A DNA stretch of 64,000 bases from an uncultured Anaerolineaceae bacterium (GCA_964591485.1 CAZQDE010000009.1:19-64018), one strand, 5' to 3'; shown: positions 29,329 through 39,206, counted from the stretch's first letter. The notes: generated by a model from the letters alone, not told the origin. Made by a program: numbers and translations.

Positions 29329-30276
29329 GTGATCCAGCGACAAATCCCGGTTTTCATCTTGGCGATATTCCTATTAGCGCTGGCAACCTGCTCGCCGGTC
29401 AGTGAACCGGTCACCATCCGTATCGGCGTTCTCCCCATTCTCGATAGCCTTCCCATCTATGTTGCCCAAGATCAAGGGTATTTCGAAGCCGAGGGCGTAT
29501 CACTCGAGTTCGTTCCAGTTGCCTCGGCGCCGGAGCGCGACCAGCTCATGCAGGCCGGTCAACTGGATGCCATGATCAATGAAGTCGTCTCTGTGCTGCT
29601 CTACAATCGACAAGAGGTGAAGGTCGTGGCGGTTCGTTTCGCCCGCACGGCAACGGCAGAGCATCCTGTCTTCCGCATCGTGGCCTCCGCCGATAGCGGA
29701 ATTCTGGATCTGGAAGGATTGGAGAATACCCCCATCGGCATTTCCGAGGGCACGGTGATCGAGTACACCACCGACCGGCTGCTCCAACGCGCCGGTTTTG
29801 CGCCCGAGGAGATTGCGAAGGTGGCGGTTCCCAAGATCCCAGACCGGCTAAACCTGCTCGCCTCGGGCCAGCTGGCGGCCGCCAATCTGCCAGACCCTGC
29901 CGCCTCTATGGCGATCCTCAATGGGGCGTGCCTGATCATCGACGACACCTCCTACCCCGAGATCAGCCACAGCGTGATTTCCTTCTCCAAGGCATTTGTC
30001 GATCAGCATCCCGAGGGGGTAAAGGCCTTCTTGCGCGCCTTCGAGAAGGCGGTGGACGACATCAACGCCGATCCCACCGCATGGGATGAATTGCTCCTCG
30101 ACGAGGGCCTGCTGCCGCCGCCTTTGCTAGGGGCCTACCGGCTCCCGCCTTACCCCGCGGCCTCGGTCCCCTCTCAGGCCCAATTCGCGGATGCGCTGGC
30201 CTGGGCGCAGGGCAAAGGCATCGTCGAAGGCGAGGTCCGCTACGAAGGCTCCATCGACGGCTCGTTCCTCCCCTGA
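29329..30276 (+). CDS. ABC transporter substrate-binding lipoprotein (SsuA/NMT1-like)
   Basis: GTG start after GGAGG, lipobox LATC, IRIGVLPILDSLP, SAPERD and LPDP. Confidence 0.85.
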   Translation: MIQRQIPVFILAIFLLALATCSPVSEPVTIRIGVLPILDSLPIYVAQDQGYFEAEGVSLEFVPVASAPERDQLMQAGQLDAMINEVVSVLLYNRQEVKVVAVRFARTATAEHPVFRIVASADSGILDLEGLENTPIGISEGTVIEYTTDRLLQRAGFAPEEIAKVAVPKIPDRLNLLASGQLAAANLPDPAASMAILNGACLIIDDTSYPEISHSVISFSKAFVDQHPEGVKAFLRAFEKAVDDINADPTAWDELLLDEGLLPPPLLGAYRLPPYPAASVPSQAQFADALAWAQGKGIVEGEVRYEGSIDGSFLP

Positions 30277-30309
30277 GGAGGCAGCCAGCGGTCAAAGCTG
30301 GCGCAGGCG

Positions 30310-31083
30310 ATGATTGCGCTTGACGGCGTGGACTTCCACTATCCGGCTTCCCCGGCGATCTTCACGTCCTTCAAGTGGGAAGTGCAGGCCGGGGAGGCCT
30401 GGGCCGTGTTGGGCCCCTCCGGCTGTGGAAAGACCACGCTGCTCTACTTGCTGGCGTGCCTGCTCCGCCCCATGCGGGGGGAGATCCGCATACACGGCCA
30501 GCCGCTCACCCGCCCCCATCCGCAGACCGGGCTCATCCTTCAGGATCATGGCCTGTTGCCCTGGGCGACGGTGGAGGAGAATGCCGCCCTCGGCTTGCGG
30601 GTGCGCGCATTCTACGGCCCCGATGGAACGCATGCCCCCGCCGATGAGCAACCCGGCTCCATCCAGGAAAGGGTCGATCCCTGGCTGGACCGGCTGGGCC
30701 TCGCCGCCCACCGCCGGAACTTTCCGCATCAGCTCTCGGGTGGCCAGCGCCAGCGGGTGGCGATCGCCCGAACCTTGGCCCTTCATCCCGACCTGCTCTT
30801 GATGGATGAGCCCTTCGCGGCCCTCGACGCTCCCACCCGGGAGAGCCTTCAGGACCTGGTCTTAGAGCTGCGCGAGGAACGCCGATTGACCACCATCATC
30901 GTCACTCACACGATCGAGGAGGCGGCAGTTTTGGGGCACAAGATCCTCCTGTTCAACGAACCCCCAATTGAGCGAGCCTTGGTCGTGAACAACCCGGGCG
31001 GTGCTGCGCCGGGGTTCCGCAACACCCAGGCCTATGTGGAGATCTGCCGGGAATTGCGCTCGGCGCTGGAGGCCAGCGCATGA
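30310..31083 (+). CDS. ABC transporter ATP-binding protein (NitT/TauT family)
   Basis: GPSGCGKTT, LSGGQRQR, MDEPFAALD and VTH. Confidence 0.93.
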   Translation: MIALDGVDFHYPASPAIFTSFKWEVQAGEAWAVLGPSGCGKTTLLYLLACLLRPMRGEIRIHGQPLTRPHPQTGLILQDHGLLPWATVEENAALGLRVRAFYGPDGTHAPADEQPGSIQERVDPWLDRLGLAAHRRNFPHQLSGGQRQRVAIARTLALHPDLLLMDEPFAALDAPTRESLQDLVLELREERRLTTIIVTHTIEEAAVLGHKILLFNEPPIERALVVNNPGGAAPGFRNTQAYVEICRELRSALEASA

Positions 31084-31820
31084 AACGGGGAGCAGTCGCA
31101 GCGGCCGGAGTGGCCTTACTGCTTGTATGGCAGGTAGCGTCATGGGCGCTGAACCTAGCCATCCTGCCGGCACCCAGCCGGGTCCTTGCCACCTTCTTAC
31201 ACGAGCTGTTTGGGGAACTCGGATTGCATCTGCTGGCAAGCTCTTGGCGCGTCCTCGCCTCCACCTCCCTGGCCCTGGCACTCGCGGTGCCCGCCGGCCT
31301 CATCCTGGGGCAATCCAAGAAACTCAATCGCTGGCTCACGCCGGTTATCTATCTGCTCTTCCCAATCCCCAAGGTTGTCTTTGTACCCATCATTCTCCTG
31401 TTCCTGGGAGTGGGCGACCTCTCGAAGATCGTCATCATCTTCCTGATCCTATTCTTCCAGGTGCTAGTGCTCGTCCGGGATCAGGCCGCTTCGCTGCGCC
31501 CAGAGCTGCTGGCCTCGGTCCGCAGCCTGGGAGCCGGCCGGCGGGCCCTATTTCGATTCGTCTACCTTCCAGCCAGCCTACCGGCCGTGCTGACGGCGCT
31601 GCGCCAATCGGTTGGCACCGCCATCGCCGTTCTCTACATCACCGAGCTTTTCGCCACGCGGCGAGGCCTGGGCTACTATATCTATATCCAGGGGAGCACT
31701 CTGTTTAATTACCCAAAAATGTACGCGGGCGTGATCGCCATGAGCTTACTGGGACTGGGGCTCTACTTCACCGTCGACCGACTGGAGCACATCCTTTGTC
31801 CATGGAAGGAGGCGAGCTAG
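31080..31820 (+). CDS. ABC transporter permease (SsuC/TauC-like)
   Basis: FPIPKVVFVP, EAA-like loop LLASVRSLGA and GLGYYI. Confidence 0.9.
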   Translation: MKRGAVAAAGVALLLVWQVASWALNLAILPAPSRVLATFLHELFGELGLHLLASSWRVLASTSLALALAVPAGLILGQSKKLNRWLTPVIYLLFPIPKVVFVPIILLFLGVGDLSKIVIIFLILFFQVLVLVRDQAASLRPELLASVRSLGAGRRALFRFVYLPASLPAVLTALRQSVGTAIAVLYITELFATRRGLGYYIYIQGSTLFNYPKMYAGVIAMSLLGLGLYFTVDRLEHILCPWKEAS

Positions 31821-32348
31821 ATGGCACTCGAGACTGCCTTGCTCATCGTCCCGCCAAAAGATGTGCAAGTGTTCAGCTTCCCCATCCGGGAGGAACACGA
31901 CTCGGATGCCCTCGATCAGAATCTTCCCGCCCATATGACGCTGCTCTATCCCTTCGTATCCCCGGAGAAGATCGAGCCCGCCGCCGAGAAACTGCGCCGC
32001 GTGCTCGCGGAGGTCCCGCCGTTCGAGGTGACGCTCGATCGATATGGCCAATTCGAGGACGCCCTCTTCCTCGAGCCAGCCGACCCGGCGCCCATCATGG
32101 CGCTCTATGAGCGCCTGGCCCGCGCCTTTTCAGAGTTCCCTATCTACGAGGGCGAGCATGGAGCCGCCCTTCACCCGCATGTCACGCTTGCGCGCTTCCA
32201 AGATCCGGCTCAAGCGGATGCCATCCAGCTGCCTCCCACGCCCTCCTTCACATTCCTGGTCGACAAGCTGCACATCTACCTTGGATCCATCGATGGCGAT
32301 GAGCCCTTCATCCCTCGCGCCGTCATCCCACTGGGCGGAGGCTCATGA
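31821..32348 (+). CDS. 2H phosphoesterase (2'-5' RNA ligase family)
   Basis: Two HxT motifs: AHMTLLY and PHVTLA. Confidence 0.85.
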   Translation: MALETALLIVPPKDVQVFSFPIREEHDSDALDQNLPAHMTLLYPFVSPEKIEPAAEKLRRVLAEVPPFEVTLDRYGQFEDALFLEPADPAPIMALYERLARAFSEFPIYEGEHGAALHPHVTLARFQDPAQADAIQLPPTPSFTFLVDKLHIYLGSIDGDEPFIPRAVIPLGGGS

Positions 32349-33088
32349 TCCCGACCAGCCGTCCATCCAGCGGTTCGCAGGTGCAGGAGATGTTCAGCCG
32401 CATCGCGGCGCGCTACGACCGGCTGAACCGCTTGATGACATGGGGGCGTGATCGGGCCTGGCGTCGCGAGACCATCGCCGAAATCCGGCTGGCACCCGGC
32501 GAGCGCTTCCTCGATGTGGGCTGCGGCACGGGGGATCTGGCTCTCGAAGCGCTGCGTCGGCAGCCAGATGCAGATATCATCGCCTGCGACTTCACTGCCG
32601 CCATGCTGCGGCTTGCCCGCAGCCGGCCCGGTGCCGGCCAGGTGGCCTGGGTGCTCGCGGACGCCACACACCTGCCCTTTGCCCATGACTCGATCGATGC
32701 GCTGGCCTCAGGCTTTCTTCTCCGCAACCTGGTCGATCTTACGGCGGGTCTCTCCGAGCAAGCGCGCGTGCTCAAGCCGGGGGGCCGCTTCGCCGCGCTC
32801 GACACCACGCCTCCCCAAATACGCCTTTTTGCACCTTTCGTCCGCTTCTATCTGGCACGGGTGATCCCTGCGCTTGGGCGGATGTTCGCGGGTGATGTAG
32901 AGGCCTACCACTACCTGCCGGCCACCACCCAAGGCTTCCTGCCGCCGGAGAAGCTGGCCGCAACGCTGCGCAGCGCCGGCTTCACTGGGCTGCGACTGAC
33001 CCGCCGCATGTTTGGCGCCATTGCGATTCACTGGGCGATGAAAACAGCACGACCTGTTTCTGAGCGAGAAGACCATAAGGCCCCATGA
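32345..33088 (+). CDS. menG: Demethylmenaquinone methyltransferase (UbiE/MenG)
   Basis: VQEMFSRIAARYDRLNRLMTWG, LDVGCGTGD, FLLRN and AYHYLPAT. Confidence 0.88.
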   Translation: MIPTSRPSSGSQVQEMFSRIAARYDRLNRLMTWGRDRAWRRETIAEIRLAPGERFLDVGCGTGDLALEALRRQPDADIIACDFTAAMLRLARSRPGAGQVAWVLADATHLPFAHDSIDALASGFLLRNLVDLTAGLSEQARVLKPGGRFAALDTTPPQIRLFAPFVRFYLARVIPALGRMFAGDVEAYHYLPATTQGFLPPEKLAATLRSAGFTGLRLTRRMFGAIAIHWAMKTARPVSEREDHKAP

Positions 33089-33173
33089 AACGCATACTTG
33101 CATTGCGGGCCCCAACGCTCAGGGCGGTGGTTGCCAGCCCGCACAACCCGATATCCCGGAAGAGATGAGGACA

Positions 33174-33965
33174 ATGGATAGCTTCGCAGAGTGGTTCAAG
33201 GATTGGCTGATCCCTGGTTCGGTTACCTTTCTCATGGTCGCCATCACCCCCGGCATCCTCCTGCTCTTTTGCCGTGAGCGAGTGGCCCGTTGGGGTCGTC
33301 GCTGGCTCACTGGTCTGACCATCCTTTATTGGATCCTCTCGACGCCGCTTGCGGCCAGCGGTTTGGAACGCCTGCTTGCGGGCGACCTTCAGCCCCTCTC
33401 TCTGCAAACCATCCCCGAAGGCGTTCGCGCCGTCGTGATTCTTGGAGGTGGGGGCGGCACCTATGAGTCGGAGGCCGGCCGGATTGAAGTTCTCAGCGAG
33501 GCGAGCAGCCTGCGGGTCCTCGAGGGCGCACGCCTCCTGGAAATGCTCGATCGGCCCTGGGTGATTGTCTCCGGGGGCGTCAACCCGGAGGTCGGGCTCA
33601 CGGTTCCCGAGAGTGAGACGATGCGGGCAACGCTGATAAGCCTGGGAGTTCCGGAGGAGCGCATCCTGGTGGAAGCCGGATCAGCCAACACCCATGATCA
33701 GGCCATCCGGCTGAAGCCTATGCTGCAAGAAGCCGGCGCCGCGCCGTTTTTGCTCGTGACCTCTCCCTCGCATATGCGACGGGCCTACTTGACCTTCGTG
33801 CAGGAGGACCTTCAACCCATCCCTGCACCTTCCTCGGAGCGCACAGCCACCCGCGAGCCTTTCGGGTTCGCCATCCTCCCCCAGCCAGAGGCGCTCGAGG
33901 CCAGCCGCAATGTCATGCGGGAGATATTCGGCTTACTCTACTATGCTCTACGCGGATGGATTTAG
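33174..33965 (+). CDS. YdcF/DUF218 family membrane protein
   Basis: VVILGGG, RVLEGARL, VSGG, SANTHDQA, LVTSPSHMRRA and REIFGLLYY. Confidence 0.88.
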   Translation: MDSFAEWFKDWLIPGSVTFLMVAITPGILLLFCRERVARWGRRWLTGLTILYWILSTPLAASGLERLLAGDLQPLSLQTIPEGVRAVVILGGGGGTYESEAGRIEVLSEASSLRVLEGARLLEMLDRPWVIVSGGVNPEVGLTVPESETMRATLISLGVPEERILVEAGSANTHDQAIRLKPMLQEAGAAPFLLVTSPSHMRRAYLTFVQEDLQPIPAPSSERTATREPFGFAILPQPEALEASRNVMREIFGLLYYALRGWI

Positions 33966-33975
33966 GACCGCCGCC

Positions 33976-34908
33976 TTAGCTTCCCACCAACCCGGGAGCG
34001 AGCATCCCGATCGAAATCGCCACGGCATAGAGAAGAACCCAACGCGCAGCCCCCGCGAGCGCAAAGTTCAGCGACCCGCCCTTATGCCTTGCCATGAAGC
34101 GAAACCAGCCGAGGGTGCTGGGAAGCGTGAGGAAGCCAAGCAGGATCCAGGGGGTCGCCCAGCCCCCCACCCACATCACCAGCGGCGCCAGATAGGCCAG
34201 GGCCGCCATGGCCCCGAATTCGATCAGCCCGGCCTTCGGACCCCATACCGCCGGGATCGTATGCCGACCAGCGGCGCGGTCGGTCTCCCAATCGCGATAG
34301 TTGTTCACGGCCAGCAGGCCTGTGATTGTGCTCCCCACACCCAAGGCCGCCAGCCAGGCGGCGCCGGGAACGGTTCCGGCCTGAACGTATACTGTGCCGC
34401 AGACCGCCACAAATCCGAAGAAGATCATGACCATCAAGTCGGCCAGCCCGTTATAGGCCAGCGGCGAGGGGCCGACGGAATAGCCGATCCCGGCCAGAAT
34501 GGCAGCCAAGCCGGTCAAAAGAATCGGCCAGCCGCCCGCCCACACCAGGTAGGCGCCTGCCAGCGCGGCCACGCCGAAGGCCACGAAAGCGCCTCTGCGG
34601 ACTGCCGCGGGCGGCAATAGGCCTGCCTGGGTGACACGAAGAGGCCCGAGCCGGGCCTCGGTATCTGCGCCGCGCTCGAAATCGCTCACGTCGTTCAAGA
34701 TGTTGGTGCCCACCTGAATCGCCACAGCACAGAAGCCCGCGGCCAGCGCGGGCAAGATCTTGAAGCTTCCCATCGACCCCGCCAGGGCGCTGCCCACGAG
34801 TACAGGCGCCACCGCTGCGGTCAGTGTCCGCGGCCGGCTTGCCAGCACCCAAACGCGCCAAGCTGGTATCGGCTGCGTATCTTGACCCTCTTCACCAGAA
34901 GCCTTCAT
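33976..34908 (-). CDS. menA: 1,4-dihydroxy-2-naphthoate octaprenyltransferase
   Basis: SRPRTLTAAVAPV, NILNDVSDFERGAD and NNYRDWETDRAAGRHT; SD GGAGG. Confidence 0.92.
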   Translation of the reverse strand: MKASGEEGQDTQPIPAWRVWVLASRPRTLTAAVAPVLVGSALAGSMGSFKILPALAAGFCAVAIQVGTNILNDVSDFERGADTEARLGPLRVTQAGLLPPAAVRRGAFVAFGVAALAGAYLVWAGGWPILLTGLAAILAGIGYSVGPSPLAYNGLADLMVMIFFGFVAVCGTVYVQAGTVPGAAWLAALGVGSTITGLLAVNNYRDWETDRAAGRHTIPAVWGPKAGLIEFGAMAALAYLAPLVMWVGGWATPWILLGFLTLPSTLGWFRFMARHKGGSLNFALAGAARWVLLYAVAISIGMLAPGLVGS

Positions 34909-34957
34909 GTTCCTCCTGCGGCCTTGGAACGGGGAAGGCGCCCGCCGTCGGGCACGA

Positions 34958-34965
34958 ATTATAAT
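34958..34965. promoter_or_regulatory. Self-complementary ATTATAAT giving a TATAAT on each strand
   Basis: Lies between the divergent menA and NUDIX genes. Confidence 0.55.
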
Positions 34966-35029
34966 AGACAGCCTATGTCCATCCTGTCGCAAGTCCGTTC
35001 CCTGTGCGGGAGAGCCGGTGGTTCTCCAC

Positions 35030-35623
35030 ATGCGTGACCTCAAGCCCTGGAAGGTGCTCCGTCGCAGGCTGCTCTTGGACCGCTCACCCTGGATGCGGGT
35101 GCTGGAGCACGACGTCCTTCTTCCAGATGGCCGGCTAGTCGAGGGCTACCTGCGGGTCGAGGTCCAAAGCTATGTGATCATCGTTCCCATCGATGAAGCG
35201 CAAAGGGTGGGCCTGGTGCGCTCCTACAAGCATGGTGTGGAGGCGGTGGATATCCAACCACCCGCGGGGATCATCGAACCGGGCGAGACCCCGCAACAGG
35301 CGGCGATGCGCGAACTTCGCGAAGAGATGGGCTGCACCGCGGAGAACTGGCATCCCCTGGGAGATTACGTCATCAGCGGGAATTATCGCGCCGGCCGCGC
35401 GCATGTCTTCCTCGCGACCGGCTGCCGGACCATCGCCGCCCCGGAGGCCGGGGACCTCGAAGAACAGGAGATCATCTGGCTCGCCCAAGAGGATCTCCGT
35501 CGGCGATTGGAGCAGCACCGCTTCGCGCAGATCGACGCCGTGGCCGCGCTGAGCCTTGCCATGCATCATCTCCAGAAGCCGAATTCCGGGCAGCGACCCG
35601 ATGGCCGGGAGGCTTCCGCATGA
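35030..35623 (+). CDS. NUDIX hydrolase (ADP-ribose pyrophosphatase-like)
   Basis: Nudix box PAGIIEPGETPQQAAMRELREEMG. Confidence 0.88.
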   Translation: MRDLKPWKVLRRRLLLDRSPWMRVLEHDVLLPDGRLVEGYLRVEVQSYVIIVPIDEAQRVGLVRSYKHGVEAVDIQPPAGIIEPGETPQQAAMRELREEMGCTAENWHPLGDYVISGNYRAGRAHVFLATGCRTIAAPEAGDLEEQEIIWLAQEDLRRRLEQHRFAQIDAVAALSLAMHHLQKPNSGQRPDGREASA

Positions 35624-36357
35624 GCGCGCGTGATCTAGACCGGGCCGCGGCGCGGGGCGAACCCTCCTACGTCTGGCGCGCGGGACAGGAGCGCCGTCTG
35701 CGCCTGATCCTGGAGGCTGCTGGCGAACGCGCTCGAGGCCGTATTCTCGACGACGGATGCGGTGTGGGTCAGTACCTGGCTCATCTGGCCGACGGAGCCG
35801 CGCTGGCCGTGGGGCTGGAGTTCGATGCGCAGCATGCAAGCGCGGCGGCCAGCCGCGGCCTTCCCGTCACCCGGGGTGCAAGCGAGAGCCTCCCTTTCCC
35901 TTCGGGCTTCTTTGACCTGGTCCTATCCCATGAGGTTTTGGAGCATGTCCGTGATGACCGGGCAGCGTTGCGCGAAATCGTGCGCGTGCTCAGAAAGCCC
36001 GGCGGCCGGCTGGTGCTCTTCGCCCCCAACCGAGGGTACCCGTTCGAAACTCACGGGGTGTACTGGAGAGGCCGCTATCGGTTCGGAAATATCCCCCTGG
36101 TAAATTACCTGCCGCGCCAGCTGCGTGACCGGCTGGCTCCGCACGTTCGCGTCTACCGGCGCGATGACCTGGACATGCTCTTGGAAGGGCTGCCGGTCCG
36201 GGTCGTGGAGCGCAGGATTATCTTTGGAGCCTACGATAACATCATCGCCCGCTGGCCGCGCCTGGGCCGCGCGTTGCGTGCTGTGCTGCACTATCTCGAA
36301 CGCACGCCACTGCGCGTCCTGGGCTTGTCACATTTCTGGATTGTTGAGCGCGAATAG
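35620..36357 (+). CDS. Class I SAM-dependent methyltransferase
   Basis: ILDDGCGVG, LPFPSGFFDLV, EVLEHV and VLRKPGG. Confidence 0.88.
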   Translation: MSARDLDRAAARGEPSYVWRAGQERRLRLILEAAGERARGRILDDGCGVGQYLAHLADGAALAVGLEFDAQHASAAASRGLPVTRGASESLPFPSGFFDLVLSHEVLEHVRDDRAALREIVRVLRKPGGRLVLFAPNRGYPFETHGVYWRGRYRFGNIPLVNYLPRQLRDRLAPHVRVYRRDDLDMLLEGLPVRVVERRIIFGAYDNIIARWPRLGRALRAVLHYLERTPLRVLGLSHFWIVERE

Positions 36358-36376
36358 AGCCGGGTCGATCCCGCGA

Positions 36377-36661
36377 TTAATGCGGCGCAACCTCCCCCAC
36401 TTCCTGGACATCAACCGGCACACCCTCGATCTCGGGCGGCACAAAATCTTCCGGCGCCAGCTCGGCCTTCGGCACTTTGCGCCGCACCATCACCACCAGC
36501 CCGACATCCCCGGTCAGTTCGCCACCGCGGTGCAGATACCCCACGCCCACTCCGATTACATTCACCTTGCCAAGTAGCGCCCGCTCGTGACGGGCCATCA
36601 CCTCTCTGGCTCTTGCATAGGCCGAAGCTGGATCTCGTTCTTCTGGGTGGGGTGCGCTCAT
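36377..36661 (-). CDS. Small protein paralogous to the N-terminal domain of the adjacent protease
   Basis: RHERALLGKVNVIGVGVG...VVMVRRKVP...VPPEIEGVPVDVQEVG aligns by eye with protease residues ~10-82. Overlaps its stop by 4 bp. Confidence 0.75.
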   Translation of the reverse strand: MSAPHPEERDPASAYARAREVMARHERALLGKVNVIGVGVGYLHRGGELTGDVGLVVMVRRKVPKAELAPEDFVPPEIEGVPVDVQEVGEVAPH

Positions 36662-37659
36662 ATCTCGATATCCAATCCACGCAGGACCGATCGAATCGGA
36701 TTGTAGATCGTGGCCTGGTCGGAGCCAGCGAAGAGCAATCCCACAGCCGCCAGCGCCTCCCCTGCCACCAGCAGCGAACCCGAATCCCCCGGCTGCGACA
36801 TCGCCGTTGTTACGATTTGATTCTCGAAGCGCGCCGAGGCCTCCCCATATTGGACGTTGACCGTGGCGTCCAATACGATCACCTGGCCCGCTGTCAATCC
36901 GGTGGTCCGTCCTGACTTCCGAACGGGCATGCCCAGCGTGGCATCCATTGTGCCGGAGACCTTGCCGATTTCGAGGATTTCATCCAGCACATCCTCGTCC
37001 CGGAGCGGCCTGGCAACGGCTGCGTCCATCACGTTCGCCGCCTGCGGGTCAGCCCAATACGCACGCACCTGATGCTTCGATCCCAGCAGCTTGGCAACGG
37101 CGTTGCCCAAGCGTGCGTAGCGAAGCGCCCAAGGGCATGTGGCCGGCGCCGAGGTGAAGTGAATCGGCGCATAGCGCTCGAGCCGCGCCAACCCATCCTC
37201 TGCCTCGCGGCCCCCGTCGGCCTGCCCCGGTTGCAGGATAAGATCCCCGGGCTGACCCCGGTTGCTGGCCGCCAGCACGTGATTGTTGGAAAGGATCAGC
37301 CGCGCCCCGGTGCTCCGATCACGCACCACACTTCCCAGCGTGCCGGCCGTGATCAGGCTGTGCCCGATGCTGACTCCCCCTAACGCCGGCCGCCATCGGT
37401 CAGTGCGAGCGGGGTGCGCCTGAAGAAAACCCACTTGGATGACGTCAGTGGCGATCCCATCAACCTCGGATGGCACGAGCGATTCCTTCGTCAGGCTCGC
37501 TCGGGGCAGCTTTTGCGTCACCATGGCAACGACACACAGATCCTCACGCCGTCCCTCGCGCAGCTTATAGCCCGTTCCCACGCCAACCACATTCGGCTTG
37601 GCCAGGAGTGCTTCCTTATGACGGTCCTTGACTGCCGCGATGTCCTTGCGCTCGTACAC
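36658..37659 (-). CDS. Trypsin-like (S1, Nal1-like) serine protease, no signal peptide
   Basis: AGTLG, triad SNNHV / MDAAVA / GDSGS, and GRTTGLT. Confidence 0.82.
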   Translation of the reverse strand: MYERKDIAAVKDRHKEALLAKPNVVGVGTGYKLREGRREDLCVVAMVTQKLPRASLTKESLVPSEVDGIATDVIQVGFLQAHPARTDRWRPALGGVSIGHSLITAGTLGSVVRDRSTGARLILSNNHVLAASNRGQPGDLILQPGQADGGREAEDGLARLERYAPIHFTSAPATCPWALRYARLGNAVAKLLGSKHQVRAYWADPQAANVMDAAVARPLRDEDVLDEILEIGKVSGTMDATLGMPVRKSGRTTGLTAGQVIVLDATVNVQYGEASARFENQIVTTAMSQPGDSGSLLVAGEALAAVGLLFAGSDQATIYNPIRSVLRGLDIEI

Positions 37660-37745
37660 GCTCGCCTCCTCCCCTTACCACACCGACAGTATACGGCCAA
37701 ATGCGTCCGGCGCGCAGTCTCCGAGCCGGCCCCCACGGTGCAAGC

Positions 37746-37765
37746 GGGCGGGCCTTGGCCCGCCC
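37746..37765. terminator. GC-rich hairpin downstream of lpdA
   Basis: GGGCGGGC-CTTG-GCCCGCCC; no strong U tract. Confidence 0.45.
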
Positions 37766-37808
37766 ACACTTGGTTCCATCCTTACGCGATTGCGCCATGG
37801 GTCTTGGA

Positions 37809-39206
37809 TCAGATGTGAATGGCATGCCCCTCGGCGGCGTGCGCCGCCTCCATCAGCACTTCACTCAGGGTAGGGTGTGCATGGACGTTGCGGGCGATCT
37901 CCGTCGGGGTCAGCTCCATCATCTGTGCCAGCGTGAGCTCGGGAAGCAATTCGGTGACTTCCGGCCCAACAAGGTGCGCGCCCAGGATTTCGCCATGTTT
38001 GGCGTCGGTGATGAGCTTGACCCATCCCGCGTAGTCCCCCAGGCCCAGCGCCTTGCCATTTGCCTGGAAGGGGAAGCGGCCAACCTTGACCTCGTAACCC
38101 CGCTCCCGTGCCTGTGCTTCGGTTAATCCGAAGGAGGCCACCTGCGGCTGCGAGTAGGTCGCCCGCGGCATCATCTCATAATCCAAGGTGATGGTCTCCA
38201 CGCCGCCAATGTTCTCGGCGCAGATGATGCCCATCGCCGAGGCCACGTGCGCAAGCATGAGCTTGCCGGTTACATCCCCGATCGCCCAGATGCCGGGAAC
38301 ATTGGTCGCCATACGCTCATCGATCTCCACGAACCCCCGCTCATCCAGCTTGACCCCAGTGACGTCCAGCCCCAAATCCTGCGTGTTGGGCTTGAACCCG
38401 ATCGCCACCAGCGCCTGTTCGGCCTCCAGTGTGTCCTCGCCACTCTCTCCGGCAATCTTGACCTTGACCTTTGTCTTGAGGCTCTCAATCGCCTCCACTT
38501 TGGTCCCCGTCAGAAGGCGCACGCCGCGCCTCTTGAAGGCCTTGGCGAGCTCGTTGCTGACTTCTTCATCCTCAAGCGGGGCGATGCGTGGCAGCATCTC
38601 AACAACTGTGACCTCAGAGCCATATGCATTCCAGACCGTGGCAAATTCCAGGCCGATGGGTCCGGCCCCGATGATGACCGCCGATTTCGGCAATCGCTCC
38701 TGTAGAATGGCCTCCAAATAGGTCAGTACCCGCTCCCCATCGGGCTTCACGCCGGGGATCATGCTTGCCGAAGCCCCCGTGGCGATCACGATGTTCTCGC
38801 CCCGCAGGATCTGCGGCTCGCCGGATTCCCCCGTCACGGTGAGTTCTTTTGCCCCACTGAATCTCGCCGTTCCCATGAACACTTCGATGGAATTTTTCTT
38901 CATCAGGAACCCCACACCGCGCGTCAGGCGGTTGGAGACCTGCCGGCTTCGCTTAACTGCAGCTGCGTAATCCAGCTTCAGGCCCTCCACCTGAAAGCCG
39001 AATTCCTTCCCGCGCTCTCGCAGCAAGTGCGCCACCTCGGCGTTCCTGAGCAAAGCCTTGGAGGGGATGCACCCTACGTTCAGACAGATTCCTCCCAGAA
39101 ACCGCCTCTCCACAATAGCTGTTTTCAGGCCAAGTTGGGCTGCACGAATGGCGCAAACATAGCCCCCCGGACCCGCGCCTACAACGATGACATCGAAATC
39201 TGCCAT
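37809..39206 (-). CDS. lpdA: Dihydrolipoamide dehydrogenase
   Basis: GAGPGGY, GGICLNVGCIPSK redox disulfide, GAGPIG and HAHPTLSE. Confidence 0.96.
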   Translation of the reverse strand: MADFDVIVVGAGPGGYVCAIRAAQLGLKTAIVERRFLGGICLNVGCIPSKALLRNAEVAHLLRERGKEFGFQVEGLKLDYAAAVKRSRQVSNRLTRGVGFLMKKNSIEVFMGTARFSGAKELTVTGESGEPQILRGENIVIATGASASMIPGVKPDGERVLTYLEAILQERLPKSAVIIGAGPIGLEFATVWNAYGSEVTVVEMLPRIAPLEDEEVSNELAKAFKRRGVRLLTGTKVEAIESLKTKVKVKIAGESGEDTLEAEQALVAIGFKPNTQDLGLDVTGVKLDERGFVEIDERMATNVPGIWAIGDVTGKLMLAHVASAMGIICAENIGGVETITLDYEMMPRATYSQPQVASFGLTEAQARERGYEVKVGRFPFQANGKALGLGDYAGWVKLITDAKHGEILGAHLVGPEVTELLPELTLAQMMELTPTEIARNVHAHPTLSEVLMEAAHAAEGHAIHI

